Notes: generated by a model from the letters alone, not told the origin. Shown: positions 35,900 through 48,587, numbered from the whole stretch's first letter. The stretch is 63,140 nt of DNA, filler included, from Squatina squatina (GCA_031763465.1; 4 parts of 4 records of this genome joined end to end with filler, not necessarily neighbours in it); one strand, 5' to 3'. Numbers and translations: made by a program.

Positions 35900-36036
35900 G
35901 ATGAAGATCACGCTGTTATTTACCTGAGCAGACAACGTCACCCCTTGCAAGTTGTGAATAGCAGGAGTCAGACACCATGGAGTTTGTCATCAATTATTCA
36001 CTTTTTCTGGGGAATAGTGGAGTTTGTTTCTTTCTT
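35900..36036 (+). CDS. Selenoprotein K-like exon with in-frame N-terminal extension
   Basis: cttcttttaaatag| acceptor and tt|gtaagt phase-2 donor; DEDHAVIYLSRQRHPLQVVNSRSQTPWSLSSIIHFFWGIVEFVSFF versus recalled SELENOK MVYISNGQVLDSRSQSPWRLSLITDFFWGIAEFVVLF. Not in the ORF track. Confidence 0.8.
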
Positions 36037-36446
36037 GTAAGTATCAATGTGTACATTTTTTTCCCTAAGTATGCAATATTTCTACTGAAAATACTTTTTT
36101 TTACATTAATTAAAATTGCTTTAATTACTTGCTTTTAGTGATTTAATTACAATATCTAAATCCTCAAGTACTAATGCAATGGCCTAAATGGTCATCTTTC
36201 GTACTGTTTAATTTTATGACTCAATCACAACCAGCATTCTATGGTATTATGAAATACATAGAGATTAAAGTAATTGATGAGAGGCAGAAATTGGGCAGAA
36301 AGGAGGAGGTTACACTATGAAGATGTGTGGAGACATTGGGGTCATACAATGAGCTGGAACAGGACAGGTGAAATCACGGTAGGTAGTAAAAGTAGTAAAA
36401 GTNNNNNNNNNNNNNNNNNNNNNNNNNNNNNNNNNNNNNNNNNNNN

Positions 36447-36458
36447 TTAATTAATTAA
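36447..36458. other. Artificial scaffold spacer TTAATTAATTAA
   Basis: Same construct as at 22318. Confidence 0.95.
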
Positions 36459-36502
36459 NNNNNNNNNNNNNNNNNNNNNNNNNNNNNNNNNNNNNNNNNN
36501 NN

Positions 36503-37780
36503 CTCCTCGCAACTTGCCTTCCCACCTATTTTTGTGTCGTCTGCAAATTTAGCTACAGTGCATTCGCTTCCTTCCTCCAGGTCATTAATGTATATTGTAA
36601 ACAGTTGCGGCCCCAGCACTGATCCTTGTCGCACCCTACTGGTTACTGGTTGCCAATCAGAATATGACACCCTTATCTCTACTCTGTTTCCTGCCTGTTA
36701 GCCAATCCTCTATCCACGCCAATAAATTAGCTCCAACACCATCGGCTTTTATCTTGCAGCTTAACCTTTTGTGAAGTACCTTGTCGAATGCCTTCTGGAA
36801 ATATAAATACAATACATCTACTGGTTCCCCTCTAACCAATCTGGCTGAGACTTCCTCAAAAAACTCTAATAATTTTGTCAGGCAGGATTTCCCCTTCATG
36901 AATCCATGCTGACTCTGCGTGATTAGATTGTGATTTTCCAAATGAGCTGTTGTTACTTCTTTAATAATTGATTCTAGCATTTTTCCAACAATCGATGTTA
37001 AGCTAATTGGCCGATAGTTACCCGCGTTTTGCCTCCTTCCCTTTTTGAATAGACGTATCACATTTGCAGTCTTCCAGTCCTCTGGCAATTTCTCAGAATC
37101 TAGTGGTTTTTGAAGATTTCAAACAGTGCCTCCTCTATCTCTGCAGCTACCACCTTCAGGATCCTCGGATGCAAGCCATCTGGTCCAGGAGACTTGTCAG
37201 CCTTTAGCTCTTTGAGTTTGTCTAATACTATTTCCCTAGTGATGCTGATGGTATTTAGTCCTCCCTCTGCATTATTTAATATTAGTGTTATGTTTGTAGT
37301 ATCTTGTACCGTAAAAACCATTGAAAAGCAACTGCTTAACACCTCAGCCATTTCTTTGTTCCCCATAGCTACTTCCCCAGCCTCATTCTCCAGAGGGCCT
37401 ATATTCACTTTGACCTCCCTCTTCCTCTTCATGTACTTGTAGAAGCTCTTGTTATCAGTTTTTATATTCCTCGCGAGTTTCCCCTCATAGTTTATTTTTG
37501 CTCTCCTCATTATGTTTTTAGTTGTACTTTGCTGGACATGTATTTATCCCAGTCTTCGTGTCTACCGCTAACCTTTGCCTCCTTATAAGTTTTCTCTTTT
37601 AGCTTTATACTCTCCCTTACTTTGCTGGTTAGCCATGGTTGTTTCGCCCCTCTTTTCGAATCTTCCCTCCTCTCTGCAATGTATTTTTGCTGAATGTCAT
37701 GAATTATCTAATTGAATATCTGCCATTGCTTCTCTACTGTCTTACCTGCTAATCTATTTGCCCAGTCCACATTCGTCAAC
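36503..37780 (-). mobile_element. CR1 LINE ORF2 (reverse transcriptase), frameshifted
   Basis: 'KSPGPDGLHPRILK', 'NYRPISLTSIVGK', 'QHGFMKGKSCL', 'FQKAFDKV', 'QGSVLGPQLFTIYINDL', 'KFADDTK'. Confidence 0.97.
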
Positions 37781-37899
37781 TGTGGTGGAGAATTCATTAC
37801 GTTCACTACTCTGAGTGAAGGAATTTCTCCTGCTATTGGTCCTAAAATGCCTATCCAGATGACTGAGACTATTACCCCTGGTTCTAGAATCCCCAACCT

Positions 37900-38660
37900 A
37901 ATCGGCTCAATGTCTCACCTCCCAACAGCACTGCCATCCCAGGAATCCATCTTGTGAAATATCACTGCACTCCCTCGAAGGCAAGTATAACATTTCTTAA
38001 GAAATGTGATCAAAACTGCACACAATAGTCAAGGTGTGGTCTTATCAAGGCCCTGTATAACTGCAGTAAGCAACCTTACCCCTGCACACAAATCCTCTTG
38101 CAATTAGGCCAAAATACCATTAGCCTTCCCGACAGATTGTTGCACCTGCCTGTATGCTTTCACTGACTACGGTACAAGAAAACCCAGTTCCTTTTTTACT
38201 TCAACCTGTCCCAATATAACACGATTTAAATAATACTCTGCATTGCTGTTTTTCCGACAGAAGAAGATAACTCCACATTTATCACGTAATAGTGCATCTG
38301 CCATGCATTTGCCCACTCACTCACATTCTTCTAAACGCGAATCAATATGGGCCATAATTGCTCAACCTCTCCTCATAATCCAGCCCCTTCATCCTGGGAA
38401 TCAATCGAATGAACCTTCTCTGAATTGTCTTCAACGAAAGTATATCCCGCCTTAAATAAGGGGACCAAAGCTGTAAGCAGTACTCTCGGTGTGCTCTTCC
38501 CAACACCTTGTACAGTAGTAGCAAGACCTCCCTACTTTTACACTGCACACCCCTTGCAATAAAGACGAACAGTCTATTTGCCTTCCTAAATATTTCAGTA
38601 CATGCATGCAAACTTTTTGTGTTTCATGTGCGAGGACACCCAGACACCTCTGTACAACAG
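37900..38660 (-). mobile_element. Two adjacent degraded CR1 ORF2 C-terminal fragments
   Basis: ORF 38342-38611 'CKSREVLLLLYKVLGRAHREYCLQLWSPYLRRDI...QRRFIRLIPRMKGLDYEERL'; a second homologous copy at ~37950-38330. Confidence 0.85.
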
Positions 38661-38684
38661 ATTTGTGAGCAGTTTCAGCCATCT

Positions 38685-38862
38685 AATATAGTCAAGACAG
38701 AGATCGTCGGATTTGTAGATACTAAATTCATCAATGGATCTGGGGATAGTGCAGGACAATGACGTTGCGGTAGTCGATCAGCCGCAATGGAGTTCAATGG
38801 ATGGAGCAGGCTCGGCTGGCTGAATAGCCCATTCCTACTCCTATTTCTCATGTTCCTATGTT
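38685..38862 (+). mobile_element. CR1 LINE 3' tail
   Basis: 'caagacagagatcg...ggagcaggctcg...gaatagcccattcctactcctatttctcatgttcctatg', a typical elasmobranch CR1 3' end. Confidence 0.75.
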
Positions 38863-39085
38863 GTTACTGCAAGAATCATTGCTAAAAATAGAGAAATTCA
38901 GGAAAGAGTGAATGAAAAAAAGGGAGTGAATGAGAACAATTGGAGAATGGAGAGAGAAGGATACAGGGGATGACTTGGAGAGCGAACAGGGCAGAGCAAA
39001 TCAGAGAGATGGGGAATCAAACCCAGAAACATAGAGAAACTGAAAGAAAGAGTAAGAGGGGATGAAATAAAGGGAAAGGTTAAAG

Positions 39086-39255
39086 CAAAATACTGCCGGA
39101 GCTGGGAATCTAAAATATAAAGAGAAAACCATGGAAATACTCAGCAGGTCAAGGAGTGTCTCTGGAGGGAGAAACAGAGTGAACCTTTCAGGTCGATGGC
39201 CTTTCCTCTGCAGCTGATTGACCAGTGGAGTATTTCCAGCTTTTGCTATTTTTAT
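39086..39255. repeat. Short palindromic shark repeat (same family as 17800)
   Basis: aaatactgccggagctgggaatc...ggaaatactcagcagg...gagtatttccagcttttgctattttt, with inverted arms. Confidence 0.65.
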
Positions 39256-39752
39256 ATTATGTACAGGAGAGCTGGATTTGGAGGGAAGAATGGAATACAA
39301 GATAAAGAGAGAATGGGAACGAGGGGATGTGAGAAACAAGGGTGGAGAGGCACCAAGAGATAAGATTTGAGACAATGAATGATATCGGGGTGAGGCGCTC
39401 ACAATAATAACGGGGAATGCAGAAGGGGAATTGTGAGATAGGAGACATGAGATGGAGAGAGAGAATCGAAGAACAGCGTTCAAATTTCAAGTAAAAATAT
39501 CCCATTGACATGCTAGGTTTCAAAAAGGCCTGTGTTGTTCAGCTTGCTTTGAGTCAGAATATATCATGTTATTCTTAGAACTTGCAGCTCTTGTTCCCGA
39601 AGGTGAACCCATCTGGTGTATGTTAACTGTCTTCTTGTCTGATGAGTTTCACAGTGATGATCCAGATGGTTTCAGCACCTTGTTTGTTCAACAGCCTGGA
39701 ACAAATAAACTTAGGGATGCAATGTAACATCATCATTGGGGATATACTTCAC

Positions 39753-39760
39753 TATAAATA
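39753..39760 (+). promoter_or_regulatory. Candidate TATA box of the GPR139-like gene
   Basis: TATAAATA about 90 nt upstream of the ATG at 39845. Confidence 0.45.
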
Positions 39761-39844
39761 AACCTCTCATTGTTCTTCATTGTCTCATCATTCCCTTCAG
39801 ATCGCTCGCCTCCAACATCCACAGGATTCCTCAACTCACGGACA

Positions 39845-39914
39845 ATGCATGGGACAACTATTTCTGAGGTAGAGGCCGTATACTTCCCTGTTCTCGCAGC
39901 AATTGGAGTCACTG
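39845..39914 (+). CDS. GPR139/GPR142-like class A GPCR, exon 1 (N-terminus and TM1)
   Basis: acaATG start; MHGTTISEVEAVYFPVLAAIGVT followed by a phase-1 donor g|gtaagt; joins in frame to 48588 (G-V-T-V-N, conserved TM1 Asn). Confidence 0.85.
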
Positions 39915-40049
39915 GTAAGTTATTTTCAGGACCTCATGTGTATGAAATACATCATTGAACTGTATTCGTGTTTTAACTCCATGCCGGTTAAAAGCATTAC
40001 ACGGACCTCCACCACTGCATCAAGTGTGCATTTATCAATAGTCATCCTT

Positions 40050-43000
40050 GATGCTGTCTTCACTTCTGCTACCATTCTTCCTTCACAGTGTCTTTTATTA
40101 CGCAGTTTTTATCTGTGACATTGTTCTCCATTCCACTGCTTTTGGACCTTGAAGTTGTCGTCTCTCCAACTCACATTTATCAGTGCCCATTTCTACCCTC
40201 CACTGTCTTTTATCCTCACTCTTGTCTTTTCTCCAGTTCCTTTTATTCTCAGTGATGTCATCTCTCCACTCTCCTTTATCCTCACTGTTGTCTTCTCTCT
40301 AGTCCCTTTTATTCTCATTGTTGACTTCTCTCCTGCCCCTTTTATCCACAGTGTTGTCTTCTCTCCAGTTCCTTTTATCCTCAATTTTGTCTTCCCTCGA
40401 GTACCTTTTATCTTCAGTGTTTTCTTCTCCTAGTCCCTTTTATCCTCAGCCTTTTCTTCTCTCCAGTCTCGTTTATTCTCAGTGTTGTATTCTCTCCAGT
40501 CCATTTTTTCCTCAGTGTTGTCTTCTCTCAAGTCGCTTTTATCTTCATTGTTGACTGCTCTCCTGCCCCTTTTATCCAAATTGTTGTCTGCCCTCCTGTA
40601 CGCGTTAATACTCAATGCTGTCCCCTTTCCATTCCTTTTAATCCTCAGTGTTGTCTGCTCTACAGACGCATTTATATACGTTACTGTCTTCCCCCAATCC
40701 CCGTTTATCCTCAGTATTGTCTTCTCTCCAGTCCCCGCTATCCTCAGTGTTGTCTTCTCTCCAGTCCCATTCATCCTCAGTGTTGTCTACTCTCCAGTCC
40801 CTACTAAACACAGTGTTGTCATCTCTCCTTTCCCCTTTATCCTCAATATTGTCTTCTCTCCAGTCCCTATTAACGATCGTGTGTCTCCTCTCCAGTCCCA
40901 TTTCTTCACGCTGTTGTCTTCTCTCCTGTCCCCTTTATCATCAGTGTTGTATTCTCTCCAGTCGCTTTTGTCCTGGTGTTGCCTTCTCTCCAGTACCTTT
41001 TACCCACAGTATTGTATTCACTCCAGTCCACTTGTTCCTCAGTGTTGTCCTCTCTCCAATCCATTTTATCCTTTGTAATCTCTTCTCTCCAGTCTTCTAT
41101 TTATTCAGAGTTTTCCTCTCTCCAGTCCCATTTCTCCTCAGTGTTGTCTTCTCTCCAGTCCCATTTATCCTCGATATTGTCTTCTCTCCAGTCCCATTTA
41201 TCCTCCGTGATGTCTTCTCTCCAGTCCCATTTAACTTCAGTGTTGGATTCTCTCCAGTCCCATTTTTCCTTGATGTTGTCATCTCTCCAGTCCCATTCCT
41301 CCTCAGTATTGTCTTCTCTCCAGTTCCATTTGTCATTAGTGTTGTCTTCTCTCCAGTCCCATTTAACCTCAGTGCTGTCTTGTCGTCAGTCCCTTTTATC
41401 CTCAGTTTTGTCTTCTCTCCAGTCCCTTTTATCCTCGATAGTGTCTTCTCTCCAGTTGCTATTAATCAGTGTGTTGTCGTCTCTCCTGTCCCCGTTATAC
41501 TCAATGTTGTCTTCTATCCTGTCCCTTTATGCTCAATATTGTCTTCTCTCCAGTCCCTATTAACTGCAGTGTTGGCTTCTCTCCTATCCCCTTTATCCTC
41601 AATATTGTCTTCTTTCCAGTCCCTATTAAGCAGTGTGTTGTCTTCTCTCCAGCCCTTTTATCCTCACTGTTGTCCCCTCTCCTGTCACCATTATCATCGA
41701 TAGTGTCTTCTATTCAGTCCCTATTACCCACAGTGTTCTCTTCTCTCCTGTCCCTTTATCCTCAATATTGTCTTCTCTCCAGTACCTTTTATCTTCAATG
41801 TTTTCTTCTCCTAGTCCCTTTTATCCTCAGTCTTTTCTTCTCTCCAGTCTCGTTTATTGTCAGTGTTGTATTCTCTCCAGTCCATTTTCCTCAGTGTTGT
41901 CTTCTCTCCAGTCCCTGTTATCCTCATTGTTGACTGCTCTCCTGCCCCTTTTATCCACATTGTTGTCTGCCCTCCTGTACGCTTTAATCCTCAATGCTGC
42001 CCCCTTTCCATTCCTTTTAATCCTCAGTGTTGTCTACTCTACAGACGGATTTATACACATTATTGTCTTCCCCCCAATCCCTGTCTATATTCAGTGTTGT
42101 CTTCCCTCCGGTCCCTTTTATCCTCAGTATTGTCTTCTCTCCAGTCCCCGCTATCCTCAGTGTTGTCTTCTCTCCTGTCCCCTTTATCCTCGAGATTATC
42201 GTCTCTCCAATCGCTATCAATCCACAGTGTTGACTTCTCTCCTGTCCCCGTTATCCTCAGTGTTGTCTTCTCTCCTGTCCAATTTATCCTCAATATTGTC
42301 TTCTCTCCAGTCCCTATTAACGAAAGTGTGTCTCCTCTCCAGTCCCTTTTATCCACGGTGTTGTCTTCTCTCCTGTCCACTTTATCATCAATGTTGTCTT
42401 CGCTTCAGTCACTTTTATCCTGGTGTTGCCTTCTCTCCAGTACCTTTTTTGCCACAGTATTGCATTCAATCCAGTCCAGTTGTTGCTCAGTGTTGTCTTC
42501 TCTCCAATCTACTTTATCCGTTGTAATCTCTTCTGTCCAGTCTTCTTTTTCTTCAGAGTGTTCCTCTCTCCAGTCCCATTTCTCCTCAGTGTTGTCTTCT
42601 CTCCAGTCCCCTTTATCTTCGATATTCTCTTATCTCCAGTCCCATTTGTCCTCAGTGTTGTCTTCTCTCCTGTCGCTATTAACCACAGTGTTGTCTCTCC
42701 TGTCCCCATTATACTCAATGTTGTCGTCTCTGCTGTCCCGTTATGCTTAATATTGTCTTCTCCCCAGTCCCTATTAACTGCAGTGTTGGCTTCTCTCCTA
42801 TCCCCTTTATCCTCAATATTGTCTTCTCTCCAATCCCTATTAAGCAGTGTGTTGTCTTCTCTCCAGTCCCTTTTATCCTCACTGTTGTCTTCTCTCCTGT
42901 CCCCATTATCCTCGATATTGTCTTCTATTCAGTCGCTATTACCCACAGTGTTGTCTTCTCTCCTGTCCCCGTTATAATCAGTGTTCTCTTCTCTCCTGTC

Positions 43001-46000
43001 CCTTTATACTCAATATTGTCTTCTCTCCAGTTCCTATTAACGACAGTGTTGTCTTCTCTCCTGTCCCTTTTATCCTCAATATTGTCTTCCTCGCAGTCCC
43101 TAATAACGAGAGTGTTGACTCCTCTCCAGTACCATTTATCCACGGTGTTGTCTTCTCTCCTGCCCCCTTTATCATCAGTGTTGTCTTCTGTCCAGTCGCT
43201 TTTATCATGGTATTGACTTCTTTCCAGTACCGTATACCCACAGTATTGTCTTCAATCATGTCCACTTGATCCTCAGTGCTGTCTTCTCTCCAGTCTGCTT
43301 TTCCTCAGTAATCTCTTCTCTGTGTCCACATTTTCCTCAGATTTGTTAGCTCCAGAGTCCCATTTATCCTCAGTGTTTTCTTCTCTTCTGTCCACTTTAC
43401 GCTCAATATTGTCCTCTTTACAGTCCCCATTAACCACAGTGTTGTCTTCTCTCCAGTCTGCTTTATCCTCAGTAATCACTTCTCTCCAGTCCTCTTTTTC
43501 CTCATATTTGTCAACTCTAGAGTCCCATTTTTCTCAGTGTTGTCTTCTCTCCTGTCCACATTATCCTCAATATTATCTTCTCTCCAGTCCCCATTAACCA
43601 CAGTGTTGTCTCCTCCCCAGTCAAATTTATCCTCAGTGTTGTCTTCTCGCCAGTCCCTTTTATCCTCGGTGTTGTCTCCTCTCCAGTCCTGTTTATCCTC
43701 AGTGCTGTCTTCTCTCAGTCATTATTATCCTCATTGTTGACTTCTCTCCTGCCCGATTTATCCTCACTGTTGTTTTCCCTCCTGTCCCCTTTTATCCTCA
43801 CTGTTTTCTCCACTTCAGTCCCATTAATCCTCAGAGTTGTCTACTCTGCAGACCCATTTATGCACAGTACTGTCTTCCCTCCTGTCCCCTTTTATAGCCC
43901 GTGTTGTCTTCCCTCCAGTCCCTTTTATCCTCCGTATTGTCTTCTCTCCAGGCTCCGTTTTTGTCAGTGTTTCTTCTCTCCAAGTCCCTTTTATCCTCGA
44001 TATTGTCTTCTCCCCAGTCCGTTATATACTCACTGTTGTCTTCTCTCCTGTCCCCTTTATCCTCGATATTGTCTTCTCTCCAGTCGCTATTCATCACAGT
44101 GTTGTCTTCTCTCCTGTCCCCTTTATACTCAGTGTTGTCTTCTCTCCTGTCCCTTTATCTTCAGTATTGTATTCTCTCCCGTCCCTATTAACTGCAGTGT
44201 TGTCTTCTCTCCTATCCCCTTTATCATCAATATTGTCTTCTCTCCAGTCCCTATTAAGCAGTGTGTTGTCTTCTCTCCAGTCCCTGGTATCCTCACTGTT
44301 GTCTTATCTCCTGTCCCCATTATCCTCGGTGTTGTCTTCTTCTCAGTCGCTATTAACCACAGTGTTGTCTTCTCTCCTGTCCCGGTTAACCAGAGTATTG
44401 TCTCATCTCCAGTCTCATTTATCCATGCTGTTGTCTTCTATCCTGTCTCTGTTTCCCTCAGTGTCGTAGTCTCTCCAGTCCCTTTTATCCTCGATAGTGT
44501 CTTCTCTCCAGTCGCTATTAACCACAGTGTTGTCTTCACTCCTGTCCCCGTTATACTCAATGTTGTCTTCTCTCCTGTCCCTTTGTGCTAAATATTGTCT
44601 TCTCTCCAGTCCCTATTAACTCCAGTGTTGTCTTCTCTCCTATCCCCTTTATCCTCAATATTGTCCTCTCTACAGTCCCTATTAAGCAGAGTGTTGTCTT
44701 CTCTCCAGTCTCTTTTATCCTCACTGTTGTCTTCTCTCCTGTCCCCATTCTCCTCGATATTGTCTTCTATTCAGTCGCTATTACCCACTGTGTTGTCTTC
44801 TCTCCTGTCCCCGTTATCAGCAGTGTTCTCTTCTCTCCTGTCCCTTTATCCTCAATATTGTCTTCTCTCCAGTCCGCATTAACCACATTGTTGTCTTCTC
44901 TCCTGTCCCCTTGATCCTCTCTATTGTATTCTCTCCAGTCCCCATTAACCACAGTGTTGTCTTCTCTCCAGTCCCTATTAACCAGATGTTGTCTCATCTC
45001 CAGTCTCATTTATCCACGGTGTTGTCTTCTATCCTGTCCCCTTTAACATCAGTATTTTCTTCTCTCCAGTCACTTTTATCCTGGTGTTGTCTTCTCTCCA
45101 GTTTCTTTTCCCCACAGTATTGTATTTTCTCCAGTCTGCTTTAACCTCAGTAATCTCTTCTCTCCTGTCCTCTTTTTCCTCAGAGTTTCCTCTCTCCAGT
45201 CCCATTTCTCCTCAGTGTTATCTTCTCTCCAGTCCCATTTAGCTTCGATGTTGTCTTCTCTGCAGTCCCATTGATCTTCAGTGTTGTCTTCTGTCCAGGC
45301 CCATTTATCCTTAACGTTGTCTTCTCTCCAGTCCCATCCATCCACATTGTTGTCCTCTCTCCAGTCCCATTTGTCCTCAGTGTTGTCCTCTCTCCAGTCC
45401 CATTTATCCCCAGTGTTGTCTTCTCGCCAGTCCCTTTTATCCTTAGTGCTGTCTTCTCTTCTGTCCTTATTATCCTCATTGTTGACTTCTCTCCTGCCCA
45501 TTATATCCCGATTGTTGTCTTCCCTCCTGTCCCCTTTTATCCTCAAAGCTGTCTCCTCTCCAGTCCCTTTAATCCTCAGTTTTGTCTAATCTACAGAACC
45601 ATTTATCAAGAGCATTTTCTTCCCTCTCCAATCCCCTTTTATACTCCGTGTTGTCTTCCCTCCAGTCCCGTTTATGCTCAGTATTTTCTTCTCTCCAGTC
45701 TCCCTTTTCCTCAGTGTTGTCTTCTCTGCAGTCCCTTTTATCCTTGATATTGTATTCTCTCCAGTCACTATTAACCACAGTGTTGTCTTCTCTCCTGTCC
45801 CTGTTTTCCTCAATGTTGTCTTCTCTCCTGTCTTTTTATCCTCAACATTGTCTTCTCTCCAGTCCCAATTAACCAGAGTGTTGACTTCCCTGCAGTCCCT
45901 TTTACCTCACGGTTGTATTCTCCCCAGTCCCTTATATCCTCGCTGTTGTCTTCTCTCCTGTCCCCTTTATCCTCGATATTGTCTTCTCTCCAATCGCTAT

Positions 46001-48000
46001 TAACCACAGTGTTGTCTTCTCCCCAGTCCCCGTCATCCTCAGTGTTGTCTTCTCTCCAATCTCCGTTTCCCTCAGTGTTGTCTTCTCTCCTATCCCCTTT
46101 CTCCTCAATATTGTCTTCTCTCCATTCCCTATTAACCAGACTGTTGTCTTCTCTGCAGTCCCTTTTATCCTCACTTTTGTCTTCTCTCCTGTCACTTTAT
46201 CCTCAATATTGTCTTCTCTCCAGTCCCCATTAACCACAGTGTTGTCTTCTCTCCTATCCCCTTTATCCTCAATATTGTCTTCTCTCCTGTCCCCTTTATC
46301 CTCAATATTGTCTTCTCTCCTGTCCCATTATCCTCAAATTTTCTTCTCTTCCGTCCCTAGTAATTGCAATGCTGTCTTCCCTCCTGTCCCCTTTATCCTC
46401 AATATTATCTTCTCTCCAGTCCCTATTAAACAGAGTATTGTCGCCACTCCAGTCCCCTTTATCCACGGTGCTTTCTTCTCTCCTGTCCCATTTATCATCA
46501 GTGTCGTCTTTTCTCCAGTCGCTTTTATCCTGGTGTTGTCTTCTCTCCAGTACCTTTTACCCATGGTAATTTCTTCACGAAAGTCCACTTTATACTCAGT
46601 GTTGTCTTCTCGCCAGTATGCTTTATCCTCAGTAATCTCTTCTCTCCACTCCTCTTTTTCCTCAGAGCTGTCAACTCTAGGGTCCCATTTATCCTCACTG
46701 TTTACTTCTATCCTGTCCACTTTATCCTCAATATTATCTTCTCTCAAGTCCCCATTAACCACAGTGTTTTCTTCTCTCCTGTCCCCTTTAACCTCAGTAT
46801 CGTCCTGTTTCCAGTCCCTATGAACCAGAGTGTTGTCTTATCCCCAGTCCCATTTATCCACGGTGTTTTCTTCTATCCTTTCCCCTTTATCATCAATGTT
46901 GTCTTCTCTCCAGTCCCTATTTTCCTCTATGTTCTCTTCTCTCCAGTCCCTTATATCCTCCTTGATGTCTTCTCTCCACATTCATTCACAGTATTGTCTT
47001 GCGTCCTGTCCCCTTTACCCTCAGTGTTGTATTCTCTCCAGTCCCTTTTATCATCAGTGCAGTCTTCTCTCCAGTCCATTTTATCCTCAGTGTTATTTTC
47101 TCTCCAGTCCCTTTTATCCTCAGTGTTGCCTTCTCTCCAGTCCCTGTTAACCTCAGTGTTGTCTTCTCTTCAGACACTTTTATCCTCAGCATTGTCTTCT
47201 CTCCAGTCCCTTTTTCCTCAGTGTTGTCTTTTCTCCAGTCCCTTTTATCCTCAGTGTTGTCTTCTCTCCAGTCCCTTTTATCCTCAGTGTTGCCTTTTCT
47301 CCAGTCCCTTTTATAGTTTATGTTGTCGTTTCTCCTGTGCCTTTTCTACTCAGTTTTTTCGTCTCTGCTGTTCTTTTTTTCCTCAGGTCTGTCTTCTCTC
47401 CAGTCCCCCTGATCCTCAGTTTTGTATTCTCTCCAGTCCCTTTTATCATTATTGTTGTCTTCCCCCAGTCCCTATTTCCCCGCTGTTTTCTTCACTCCAG
47501 TCCCCTTTTCCTCGTTTTTAACTTCTCTCAAGTCGCTTTTATCCTCAGTGTTGTCCCCTCATCGTTACTTTTCTTCTCGGTGTTGTCCTCTCTCCAGTCC
47601 CTTTGATCCTCGGTGTTCTCTTCTCTCCAGTTCCTTTTATACTCAGTGTGATATTCTCCACAGTATCTTTTTTCGGCAGTGTGTTCTTCCCTCCAGTCCC
47701 TTTTATTCCAGTGTTTTCTCCTCTCCAGTCCCTTTTTTCCAAGGGTGTACTTCTCTTCAGTCTATTTTATCCTCTATGATGTCTTCTCTCCAGTTCCTTT
47801 TATCCCATTGTCATCTTCTCTCCAGTCTATTTTGTCCTCATTGTTGTCTTCTCTCCAGTCCCCTTTTATCCTCGGTGTTGTCTTCTCTCCAGTGACATTT
47901 ATCCTCGGTGTTGTCTTCACTCCAGTACTTTTTTATCTTCAGATTGTTTCATCTCTCCCAGTCGAATTTGCACTTCCTCTATTTCCTCATTTCCTTGTGT
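40050..48000. repeat. ~8 kb degenerate pyrimidine-rich satellite, 33-bp unit cagtgttgtcttctctccagtcccatttatcct, in GPCR intron 1
   Basis: Unit read directly (e.g. 41139-41270); explains the 11-aa periodic ORFs (PVPFILSVVFS / LLSSVLSSLQS / RIKGTGEKTTL). Confidence 0.95.
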
Positions 48001-48587
48001 TGTGTTTTCTCTGCATCCCTGTTATCACTCGTAATAACTTGTGCTCCCCTCCCTTTTAACATCTGTGTTGTCTTCTCGCTTCCTCCACTCTTCCCTTTTT
48101 ATTGTTCACTCTGCAGCTCACTTTATTCTCAGTGCTGTCAAATTTCCCTCTCCGTCTCTCTACTATCCTTGATGATCTCTGTTCCCCTGACCTGCTATAT
48201 CGTTTCTTTCTTCTCTCATGACCCTTTTATTTGGCTGTTTTCTTTCCTCCCACTGCCTTTTAACTTTATAGTGATTCTCTCGCACTTTTTTTACTCTGTT
48301 TGTCGCTTTTTCTTCAGCTCACATGTAAACGTGATGTTATAATCATTATCACTGCTACTTGCTTTATCCTCGCTTTTTTTCTGCTGTACGGATCCTCATA
48401 GAATGGATAAAGATTCAACGGTGGAATCAGGCACCACATTTTCCTCCAGCGGCATGTCCTGCCCCTTCAGGAGAGGAGAGCAGAACACATGTGTCAAAGT
48501 TAAACAAGGAATGGCCAGGAAATCAACTGCTTCTTTCCATTTGACTCGGGCTGGGTATTTTACTGTTTTGTTTTCTGTTTTTCACAG

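Noticed and set aside
40050-48000. CRISPR-like array (33-bp periodicity)
   Set aside because: Units are head-to-tail with no unique spacers, no cas genes are present, and the DNA is vertebrate.
40149-48342. Dozens of long Ser/Leu/Val-rich ORFs (up to 351 aa) suggesting a repeat protein
   Set aside because: They arise in several frames from a 33-bp pyrimidine-rich satellite that rarely makes stops, shift frame at indels, and lie inside the GPCR intron.
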